Of a stretch of 62,080 nt of DNA, positions 50,749-58,242 are shown in pieces. How positions within the stretch are numbered: the first letter of the stretch is position 1; every line of letters starts with the position of its first letter. This DNA is from a virus (Duplodnaviria; Caudoviricetes): the IMG/VR virus record IMGVR_UViG_3300031963_000147, positions 1-62,080 of that record. One strand, written 5' to 3'. Under the pieces are notes generated by a model. The model ran no database searches, was not told the origin of the DNA, and saw only the letters and a list, made by a program, of their open reading frames with translations. The position numbers and the translations under genes were made by a program.

Positions 50749-50997
50749 ATGCAAGACAACAACGCCACATCCAGAGCACTGACCTTTGGTGAAAAAGCAG
50801 CCGGAATCACTTTCAATCCCGGAAACAACCCCGAAGTAGACCACATCAAGCGAATGGTTGCTGATTTTATCGACCTCTGTAACGACGCCAGAGCAAATGC
50901 CACGGACCCTGAAAAGTCTAACTACTACTCCAAAGCCATCAACGAAATGGAGAAAGCTCAGATGCTTGCTGTGAAGGCCGCAACCTGGAGCCACTAA
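50749..50997 (+). CDS. Acb2/Tad1-like helical-hairpin protein (candidate nucleotide-signal sponge)
   Basis: 82 aa: T.GE...GI.FNP....V..IK...A..ID.C...S.A..E.E.A.M.AVKAATW, a two-helix hairpin pattern. Confidence 0.6.
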   Translation: MQDNNATSRALTFGEKAAGITFNPGNNPEVDHIKRMVADFIDLCNDARANATDPEKSNYYSKAINEMEKAQMLAVKAATWSH

Positions 50998-51075
50998 AAA
51001 AATGCCGGCAAAGCTGAATGGCAGTGAACAGGGATCATCACCCTTGCCGGCACCAAACAAATACCCAACATCAAC

Positions 51076-51348
51076 ATGAAAAAAGAAGGCTCAATCCAAA
51101 TTCACGACGCAAAGAAGTCAAAGAAAAACCCAAACGCCATGTACGAAGTAAAGTGTTTGGCCCCGAACAGCGAACCTCTTCAGGACGGAGAAACGGTCAA
51201 CGATGAAAAGGCCGTAAGAACTCACATCAAGTCTATGGCCGCCCTTTGGAAAACTCCGGACATCAGTCTGCTGAACATCATTGACTTCACCAAAGGTCAA
51301 AAGTTCTGCAAGCCAGGAGCAAGAAGAATTGCCAAACCAGCAAAATAA
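51076..51348 (+). CDS. YegP/DUF1508-like small protein
   Basis: YEVKCLAPNSEPLQDGE......AV...I.SM resembles the YegP repeat. Confidence 0.4.
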   Translation: MKKEGSIQIHDAKKSKKNPNAMYEVKCLAPNSEPLQDGETVNDEKAVRTHIKSMAALWKTPDISLLNIIDFTKGQKFCKPGARRIAKPAK

Positions 51349-51354
51349 CCGGCC

Positions 51355-51849
51355 ATGAACATATTCAAAAAGAAAAAGACCGAGGCAAACACAAAGCCGT
51401 TGGTCAAAAGGCTCATTCCAGAATTGGAAGGCTTAGGCAACATGTCCGCCGAAGAGCAAAGAAAAGTCTACCATCGTATCACAAACGATTTCCAGACCAT
51501 TCAAATACTCAACCGGCTCAACCGGCAAAAGGATGACTTCATGGGGCAAATAGCCAACCTGGAAAGGATCCTCAACCAAAAAGCCGGCTCAGAAGATGCG
51601 CTTCGGGCGGAAATTGAAGCCCTAAAAGCTGATCTCGACACCGAAAAAACTGTCAAAGCCGCAATTCAGTCAGAACACAGAGACTTGATTAAGTTCCTTG
51701 AAGAAAAAAACGGCGAGATACGAAGGCTTCAACGCTCTTGTGAAAGACTGAGCGAAACACCCAAAACCCAATCGCTCAGCGCAGAACTCAACGGAGCAAA
51801 AATCAAAATTGAGGTCCCCGCGCAAAACAATCAACCATCAATCTCTTAA
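51355..51849 (+). CDS. Coiled-coil protein
   Basis: 164 aa with a long heptad-rich central region. Confidence 0.65.
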   Translation: MNIFKKKKTEANTKPLVKRLIPELEGLGNMSAEEQRKVYHRITNDFQTIQILNRLNRQKDDFMGQIANLERILNQKAGSEDALRAEIEALKADLDTEKTVKAAIQSEHRDLIKFLEEKNGEIRRLQRSCERLSETPKTQSLSAELNGAKIKIEVPAQNNQPSIS

Positions 51850-51864
51850 TACCCAAGAATCAAA

Positions 51865-52524
51865 ATGACAGCAAGAGCCCCAGAACAAAGCGAAATAATC
51901 GCTCGAATCTGCCACCAAACCAACAAGGCATGGTGTGAAGCAAATGGAGATTTTACCCAAAAAGACTGGGAAAATGCCGAACAATGGCAACGAGACAGCG
52001 CCATTAAAGGCGTTGAATTCAGAATCCAAAACCCAGATTCCGGACCAGACGCTCAACACAACGCCTGGATGAAGGAAAAAACAGAACAGGGATGGATATT
52101 CGGAGAAACAAAAGACGCCGAAGCAAAAACTCACCCGTGCATTATCCCATACGAGCAGCTCCCCGAATTCCAAAGAAAAAAAGACGCCCTCTTCTGTGCC
52201 ATCGTAGACGCATTGAAATTTGAAATCAAAAGCCCCAAAAACAAAAACTTTGGAGAAGCACTCAAAGCTATTCAATCAGGAAAACGAATCGCCAGAGAAG
52301 GATGGAATGGAAAAGGAATGTTCGCCGTACTCTCTCCCGGAAAAAAGGACAACCCAAGTGAAAACTTCTGGAACGAGCACCTGAAAAAATATGCTCAGCT
52401 CACAGGAGGAACAATGACCGTCCGACCAGCATTTATGCTCAAAACAGCGCAGGAAGATGTCGCATATTGGACGCCATCAACAAGTGACATCCTCGCCGAA
52501 GACTGGATCATCCTGGAAGATTAA
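51865..52524 (+). CDS. RyR-domain + DUF2829 (Tad2-like) fusion protein
   Basis: N-terminal HNAWM.EK...GW.FG..KD...KTHPCI.PY..LP..Q..KD (RyR repeat); C-terminal NFGEAL....SGKRIAR.GWNGKGMF...W.PS..D.LAEDW (DUF2829/Tad2). Confidence 0.85.
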   Translation: MTARAPEQSEIIARICHQTNKAWCEANGDFTQKDWENAEQWQRDSAIKGVEFRIQNPDSGPDAQHNAWMKEKTEQGWIFGETKDAEAKTHPCIIPYEQLPEFQRKKDALFCAIVDALKFEIKSPKNKNFGEALKAIQSGKRIAREGWNGKGMFAVLSPGKKDNPSENFWNEHLKKYAQLTGGTMTVRPAFMLKTAQEDVAYWTPSTSDILAEDWIILED

Positions 52525-52568
52525 ACCCTACATTTGTTTCGGCTAATAAGTGCTCAAGCCAAAAAAAG

Positions 52569-52604
52569 AAGCCCCAACGATTTTAAAGTCAACGGGGCTT
52601 TTTT
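52569..52604 (+). terminator. Intrinsic terminator
   Basis: AAGCCCC-N18-GGGGCTTTTTT. Confidence 0.7.
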
Positions 52605-52650
52605 ACCTTTACACCCTCAATAACAACACAATAAATACCCAACAATCAAA

Positions 52651-53058
52651 ATGAAAATCCTCACCCACTCCCAAAAACTCAACGCCTTCCAACTCAATCC
52701 AGAATCACCATCTTACTTCTCCCTGGATCAAAACGGAAACTCCAACCTGTCCGCCGAAGCAACCCAAATCAAAAACCAAATCCTCAGAATCCACCCAACA
52801 GCTCAAATCAAATTCCTACCAATCGACAACGGCGGATCTATACTCATCGACAGCCAAAAACTCAACCCTACCGACTGGCTCGTCAAAACTTCAGAAAACA
52901 ACTGCTCTATCTTCTCTAACTCAGAAGTAAACGCCCTATTCACCATCGAAGACGCTCCTGAAGAAGACCAACAACAACCCACCCCTCAAATACCCCAGCC
53001 AAGTCAATCCTCAGAATCAGAAAACACTTCTCAACCCGAACCCGACCCAATCAACTAA
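52651..53058 (+). CDS. Hypothetical protein with acidic/proline-rich tail
   Basis: 135 aa, ATG after an A/C-rich leader; L.AFQ...L.P.DWLVK.......F....V..LF core; extremely G-poor coding strand. Confidence 0.6.
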   Translation: MKILTHSQKLNAFQLNPESPSYFSLDQNGNSNLSAEATQIKNQILRIHPTAQIKFLPIDNGGSILIDSQKLNPTDWLVKTSENNCSIFSNSEVNALFTIEDAPEEDQQQPTPQIPQPSQSSESENTSQPEPDPIN

Positions 53059-53085
53059 CACCACATCCACTCTCCAATAACCCCC

Positions 53086-53114
53086 AAAAGAGCCCCAAAA
53101 AGGCTCTTTTTTTT
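53086..53114 (+). terminator. Intrinsic terminator
   Basis: AAAAGAGCC-CCAAAAA-GGCTCTTTTTTTT. Confidence 0.7.
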
Positions 53115-53531
53115 ATCCCATAACCCAAGCCACCACCCACAATTTCAAAACCCCTAAAAACAACCCCAAAACAGCACACAACCACAACCCTAAACCCTAA
53201 CCAAAACCCAAAAACCAAAATAATAGTAACCAGGAAGAACGGAGCAGGCCCACCCCCTATCGCCGATTCCCGCATTTTGGAAAACGGATTTTTACGGATG
53301 GGGTGGGTTCGTTCGGTTCATTTTCGTTTTCAGGGTCGATTTTGGCAGGTCGATCATCTGCTGTTTGGAAAGGTGAAGTCAGGATCGAGGCATCGTGTTG
53401 CAAAATGGATGATCGAGGGGCAAATACGTCGTCTGCCTGCGCTGAAGGTGTGTTAATGATCGCTGATGACAGGGTAAAAAACGCACAAATGGGGCAAAAT
53501 AGCGCTGCATCTATCTGTCCTTCAATGCGTT

Positions 53532-53603
53532 GTAGCAATTGCTACCAATTGCTAGCATTTGCTACGTTTGCTAGGATTTGCTACGATTTTCTAGCAATTG
53601 CCA
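53532..53603. repeat. Helically phased TTGCTA array with a 14-bp palindrome
   Basis: TTGCTA at 53539, 53549, 53559, 53568 and 53578, variants at 53588 and 53598; GTAGCAATTGCTAC palindrome at 53532-53545. Confidence 0.8.
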
Positions 53604-53707
53604 CAATACACGGCAGCACACCGCCACCGCCACCGGCGAATCAGCCGAAGCAGCCCCCAAACACACCGCTAAACACAGCCAGAATTTCACCACCAAGCCA
53701 CAAAACA

Positions 53708-54052
53708 CAACGCGCTGGTAATCAACCAAAACACACCGCACAACAGCCCCGAATTATTGTATTCCCAGACAAATAAACCCAAAACATAACTGCCTGATCC
53801 TCAGATTCACCTTCCATTTTGCCCCCGACTGAAGACCAAAAAATCATTGGAAACCTAACCACACAACACAACACAACGCTGCAAATTCAGTCAAGAGCCT
53901 GGAATTCAGTACTTTATATGATCGTGAAAATCTCATGCATCTACACAATAAAATGATACTGAAAATCAATGTGTTAGGGGGTGCAATTTTTTGTTATGCG
54001 TGCATAATTCTTTAAAATCTATTCTCGTAAGTGCTTGATTTTATTGGTGTTT
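53708..54052. repeat. Five dispersed copies of a spaced palindrome YAA-N5-TGR-N3-TCA-N5-TTA
   Basis: Copies start at 53708, 53787, 53892 (complete), 53952 and 54028; several are partial. Confidence 0.55.
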
Positions 54053-54276
54053 ATTGTTGCGCGCGGGAATGTATTATAATTTTTTTGGTTGTGTGATAAA
54101 AACGGCTTCGCCGTTGGTGTGTGTGTTGTTGTATGAGTGTTGATAGCCTTTGGTATGAATCAAGTTTGGGCGCTTTTTTCCGGCCTATTTCGCATAAATC
54201 AGGTTTGGGCACTACCTTCTGAATCCCTTGTCAACAGCGGATTTAACAAAATAAATCTACGATATTTAAAAATAAA

Positions 54277-54309
54277 TTTGGAATAAGTATCTAAATCGTT
54301 GTAGTATTG
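54277..54309 (+). promoter_or_regulatory. Putative early promoter (-33/-7)
   Basis: TTTG (54277-54280), 21 nt, then TAGTATTG (54302-54309); an overlapping TAAATTTG at 54273-54280. Confidence 0.5.
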
Positions 54310-54334
54310 TCGGCAGATTTCAAACACACAAACT

Positions 54335-54526
54335 ATGTTCAAAACTTCTTCAAACAAAATCGCATCAGCCGCCTTCTGTGTGGCTGTTTTCTGCGTGGCC
54401 TGCTTCGTAGGCATTATGTGCTACGGCATGGCGACAGACGTTCGCATGAATTACCCGATGGGGTATTCCCTCACCGCAGGCGCTTCGCTCCTGTTGGTTG
54501 TTCTGTATTCTATCCGTCCTCGTTAA
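54335..54526 (+). CDS. Small two-TM membrane protein
   Basis: 63 aa, two hydrophobic helices; first gene after the promoter. Confidence 0.6.
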   Translation: MFKTSSNKIASAAFCVAVFCVACFVGIMCYGMATDVRMNYPMGYSLTAGASLLLVVLYSIRPR

Positions 54527-54544
54527 CTCTCTAAATCAAGCACA

Positions 54545-55000
54545 ATGAACACACAAGGACAGCAAATCTTTTTCGTCACCATCTTCAATGAGGACGGCAC
54601 ACAGAACACTGTGACATGCACTAGGAATGAATTCGCTAAAGTTGCATGGGACAACACGCTGTGCGAGCGCCGCTACACTGTGAGCAATGGCAATGAGCAG
54701 GATAATTACCCTCAATCAATCATGGAACGCATAGTGAACGACGGCTGCGTAGATGCTGCTACCATGAATTTCGGATGCGACGCTATTGCCGACCTGTATA
54801 GCATGATCGAGACTATTGGCATGGGATTCCACCCCGACACACCATTCGCCGACTATGTTACATACACCGGAAATCCTACCTTCACTACTGAAGAAGTTGA
54901 GAGGCTGAGCGCCATGCTTCAGGGCTGCTTCGATGAATTAGGCGACGATGTTTACAGCATCTGTATTAGCCTGAACGATCTAATCAACGCGGCAGAATAA
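54545..55000 (+). CDS. Hypothetical early protein
   Basis: 151 aa, acidic; GFHPDTPF.DY motif. Confidence 0.75.
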   Translation: MNTQGQQIFFVTIFNEDGTQNTVTCTRNEFAKVAWDNTLCERRYTVSNGNEQDNYPQSIMERIVNDGCVDAATMNFGCDAIADLYSMIETIGMGFHPDTPFADYVTYTGNPTFTTEEVERLSAMLQGCFDELGDDVYSICISLNDLINAAE

Positions 55001-55019
55001 TCCCCTAAACCACGTACTA

Positions 55020-55340
55020 ATGAGCAGAATCGACCAATTCGAAGATATGTTAGAGACATGGGTTTCTAACCACGCAGCCGACATGCTTGGCTGTGAGATC
55101 CTCAAATCAACGCTTCCTGAGACCAATCCTGAGCAGACCGATGATATGGCGCTTACAATAGTTTCGGTGACTGTTCCTGAATCAGAGATCAATCGCATTA
55201 ACGACGCAATGGACGCTGATTATAACGGGTTTTGCGCCTTGTTCATTGAGGCGGAAGAGTTTCATTTTATGTGGGAAAAGTCGGTTTTAATAGATACTGA
55301 ATCCTGCACTATCACATTCGACGTTCAATATTTCATCTAA
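55020..55340 (+). CDS. Highly acidic hypothetical protein
   Basis: 106 aa, D/E-rich with few K/R. Confidence 0.7.
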   Translation: MSRIDQFEDMLETWVSNHAADMLGCEILKSTLPETNPEQTDDMALTIVSVTVPESEINRINDAMDADYNGFCALFIEAEEFHFMWEKSVLIDTESCTITFDVQYFI

Positions 55341-55353
55341 CACACAACACAAC

Positions 55354-55632
55354 ATGTACACACAAGCACAATTTTTTCTCGGTGAATCAGCCATTTATCA
55401 GGGCATTCACAACAGCACGCAGTCATGGAATGGCTTTGCTTGCCCCGCATTCGATCTGCCTACCGTTAAGCAGATGATGAGAGACGGGTATATTCAGGGC
55501 ATTGAAACAGCAATGGTTGATGGCGTTGAGCGCGTCTACTTCGAATCGGTTGAGACCTGCCCCATACAGCACGAAGGAGTGAATTATTACCATATCGGAT
55601 TCGACGAATTGACATGGGAAATTGAAGAATAG
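55354..55632 (+). CDS. Hypothetical early protein
   Basis: 92 aa; WNGFACP.F motif. Confidence 0.75.
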   Translation: MYTQAQFFLGESAIYQGIHNSTQSWNGFACPAFDLPTVKQMMRDGYIQGIETAMVDGVERVYFESVETCPIQHEGVNYYHIGFDELTWEIEE

Positions 55633-55647
55633 CGCCTCCCACATTCA

Positions 55648-55697
55648 GGCCGCCGCCCCGCGTTTAACTGTGACAAGTTGCGCGGGGATTGGCGGTT
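55648..55697 (+). other. Conserved structured intergenic hairpin, copy 1
   Basis: GGCCGCC-G-CCCCGCG..TAACT-GTGACA-AGTTG-CGCGGGG-ATT-GGCGGTT. Confidence 0.8.
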
Positions 55698-55710
55698 AAA
55701 AACACACACA

Positions 55711-56763
55711 ATGAATACTACTATTAATCAAGAAAAAGGCTTTGAAAACGCCTATTACATTCTCAATTCCGACAACAAGGTAGAGCTGCATTTGAGTGGG
55801 TTAGAATCCTACCGCTCTTTATCTGAAACAGCCAAGACAGCCGTAAAACGAGCGTTTGTATGGGGTAGACAGCGCGGCGCTTGGGTGTCACGCTCAAAAG
55901 ACAGTGGAATACCGTATTCAATGAAGCACTACGGAATTCCTTTCCACGGAGAGCAAGAGCGCACAACCTACGAGGATGCGCGTGAGCGCAGAATAGAGAA
56001 GGCTGAACATAAGGCTGAACGCCACGAAGAATGGGCGGCGGCACGCGAAAGAAACGCCGTAAGCCTTCAGTCTGAATTCAACAAACTGCGTAAAGACTGG
56101 GCGTGGCTTACACAGCCAAACGTAAACACTTCGGGCGGCCGATCATTCACCAATAGTCGCAATAGCGTTATAGCAAGATACGACAAAGGCTTTGAGGAAA
56201 TGAAAGCCGCACAAAGACATGAAGAAAGAGCCGCTCACTTTCTTAAAATCGCATCTGAATCAGAACTGAAGTCGGAGAGTTATCTTATAAATCGGGTCAA
56301 AGAGAATGAGAAAAACGTGCGTGAATTTGCTCGGTTTACCGAAAACTATTCGGACAGACTGGAAACTATTGACGAGCAAAGCGACGATTGGAAGATTTGG
56401 TTAAAGGCTCGGATGAATTTTTACCAAACATGTTTTGAAAAACTAGAGTTCTTCATTTCTGCTTTGCGCGAATTGACGGCGCAGAAAAAAGAGGCGGGAG
56501 TTATGTGTGCGGAAGATATTCAGGAAAAGGTAGCAGGAAACGTAAAAGGAGATGTTAAGAAGTACCTGAAGGAAAAATACGGGGTGGACTTGGTTTCTTT
56601 TTCAAAAGCCTTTGGAGTAGGCGTAAATACATACTACTACATCAAGACGAAACAGCCGCTTCCGCTGGAATACCATTCGGGATGGGCTTCTGACTGCTCC
56701 GCGCAGATACGTCTTGCAAAAATTATAGCTGACATGGACGCGTTCAATCAGCAAAAAGCGTAA
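55711..56763 (+). CDS. DUF3560-like domain protein (start ATG 55711)
   Basis: ERR..KAE..AER....A......QP....S.GR.F...R......Y.KG.E....A.....RA...Y...R..E.E pattern; ACACACA-ATG start context. Confidence 0.65.
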   Translation: MNTTINQEKGFENAYYILNSDNKVELHLSGLESYRSLSETAKTAVKRAFVWGRQRGAWVSRSKDSGIPYSMKHYGIPFHGEQERTTYEDARERRIEKAEHKAERHEEWAAARERNAVSLQSEFNKLRKDWAWLTQPNVNTSGGRSFTNSRNSVIARYDKGFEEMKAAQRHEERAAHFLKIASESELKSESYLINRVKENEKNVREFARFTENYSDRLETIDEQSDDWKIWLKARMNFYQTCFEKLEFFISALRELTAQKKEAGVMCAEDIQEKVAGNVKGDVKKYLKEKYGVDLVSFSKAFGVGVNTYYYIKTKQPLPLEYHSGWASDCSAQIRLAKIIADMDAFNQQKA

Positions 56764-56777
56764 TACGTTTGATTAAG

Positions 56778-56825
56778 GCCGCCGCCCCGCTGTTAGGTTG
56801 AAACCTGAAGCGGGGATTTGGCGGC
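56778..56825 (+). other. Conserved structured intergenic hairpin, copy 2
   Basis: GCCGCC-G-CCCCGCT-G-TTAGG-TTGAAA-CCTGA-AGCGGGG-ATTT-GGCGGC. Confidence 0.8.
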
Positions 56826-56850
56826 AGAAACAAACAAATACACAAACACA

Positions 56851-57489
56851 ATGGCAACAAAAACACACCGCATGAGCATCGACGACTTGGCAGATGCTTA
56901 TCACCTCCAGTTAATCCACGCAGCAACCGAAAAAACCGTTCGCGGGTTCGGGCTTCCCTCCATGAATTCACCGAAGCATGTCATCGGCTTCAAGTCCTAC
57001 GAGCAGGCCGTGCAGTTTGTGAAGGAATGGGGCGGCGTCATATCGCTCTATGAACGCAGAGACGGAGCCAGCATGTACACGAACAGAGGGGAGCAGAACC
57101 GCGCACTGACGTATGAAGATTACCTTCAGGACGCTGGCGACAATTACCGCGTGTACGCGAATACCGCAGAAGACATTCAGGCGCGGAAAGAACATCTTCT
57201 CATATTGCTTGAAGAAGAAGACTTCGCGGGCGTATCAGATTACATTCTGCAGGCTGAAGAACTTGTGCGTGCCGCTGAAAATCTTCCTGACGAGGACTTC
57301 GTTTGCATCGCCAAGTATTCGCCGAGTAAATCAGATGCCGGAAACAATTTGTTTCCATGGGTATTTCATGTCTACATGCCACACGAGACAATGACCTACA
57401 AAGAAGACGTTACCACATACTATGTAGGCGTTGATCTTACCGACGTAGAGTTTGATGAATTCGGCGAAGAAGAGGAGGCAGAAGTATGA
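56851..57489 (+). CDS. Acidic hypothetical early protein (start ATG 56851)
   Basis: 212 aa; AAACACA-ATG context; acidic tail. Confidence 0.7.
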   Translation: MATKTHRMSIDDLADAYHLQLIHAATEKTVRGFGLPSMNSPKHVIGFKSYEQAVQFVKEWGGVISLYERRDGASMYTNRGEQNRALTYEDYLQDAGDNYRVYANTAEDIQARKEHLLILLEEEDFAGVSDYILQAEELVRAAENLPDEDFVCIAKYSPSKSDAGNNLFPWVFHVYMPHETMTYKEDVTTYYVGVDLTDVEFDEFGEEEEAEV

Positions 57490-57558
57490 CCAAAACAATC
57501 GACTGTTCAAACCCTAACCATTCAATAGTTTCAATAACCGTTTATCTCAATTAATCCG

Positions 57559-57702
57559 ATGAAAAAGAAACCCATATCATTCCTGCCCGAATCAGATCCG
57601 CGCAACAATACCATTGCGATGATCGAGGGCATAATGTTCCTTGCAATGGTGGCCGGAGCTGCCATTGCCCTGATCGGTTGCCTTATCTGGCAGCCATCGT
57701 AA
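57559..57702 (+). CDS. Small single-TM protein (47 aa, not in the ORF track)
   Basis: MKKKPISFLPESDPRNNTIAMIEGIMFLAMVAGAAIALIGCLIWQPS. Confidence 0.55.
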   Translation: MKKKPISFLPESDPRNNTIAMIEGIMFLAMVAGAAIALIGCLIWQPS

Positions 57703-57721
57703 GACTGTTTGTGTGTTAATC

Positions 57722-57768
57722 TGCACCGCCCCGCTGCCTGGCTGATACCAAGCGCGGGGATTGGTGTA
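57722..57768 (+). other. Conserved structured intergenic hairpin, copy 3
   Basis: TGCACC-G-CCCCGC..TGG-CTGATA-CCA..GCGGGG-ATT-GGTGTA; compensatory change in the lower stem. Confidence 0.75.
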
Positions 57769-57960
57769 TAGAGACGACGGTATAAATCAATGAATTAACC
57801 CTAATTAGCCGTTATCCTATAAATTAGCCGGATAGCTCATGAAGCAGGGAAAGCCTAGCATAACCACATCCGTATGAACGGACATTAAGTTATGGAAGGC
57901 AGCCGTAATTCATTGAATAACCGTAAATTGTGCCTATAAACCTCAATAAATTAACAGAAA

Positions 57961-58242
57961 ATGGAAACATCGCTGACTTTCACTGCTCGAAAAAAGCATT
58001 CGATGGTAGTTTATGAAGGAGAAATTGAATTTGACAAGGTATATTCCTACGAACTGGAAGCGAAGGTATCTTTAGACGGTCAACTAGCCGAAGCTAGTTT
58101 ATACGTCCGGAATGTGTGGGAAAAAGGCAGCGATCCGGAAGAGGATTCGGTAGGGGATGCTGTTTTCAAAATTGAGGAGGCAATAAAACGTGCGTTTATC
58201 AAGGCAAGAGTTAAAGAAGCAACACAAGCCGCGCAGCCATGA
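57961..58242 (+). CDS. Hypothetical protein
   Basis: 93 aa, ATG start, ATGA-coupled to the next gene. Confidence 0.65.
   Translation: METSLTFTARKKHSMVVYEGEIEFDKVYSYELEAKVSLDGQLAEASLYVRNVWEKGSDPEEDSVGDAVFKIEEAIKRAFIKARVKEATQAAQP

Noticed and set aside
53185-53203. Telomere-like CCCTAAA/CCCTAA repeats
   Set aside because: Only two adjacent copies inside generally C/A-rich sequence; expected from composition.
53303-53776. 157-aa ORF and its antisense ORFs across the skewed region
   Set aside because: GTG start, low-complexity product, runs through the repeat array; probably spurious.
55678-55710. Upstream TTG starts given for the 55678 and 56818 ORFs
   Set aside because: Both fall inside the conserved hairpins; the ATGs at 55711 and 56851 have the typical AC-rich leader.
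55648-57768. Hairpins as CRISPR repeats, terminators or hammerhead ribozymes
   Set aside because: Copies are ~1 kb apart with genes between them, have no U tracts, and lack the hammerhead CUGANGA/GAAA three-way junction.
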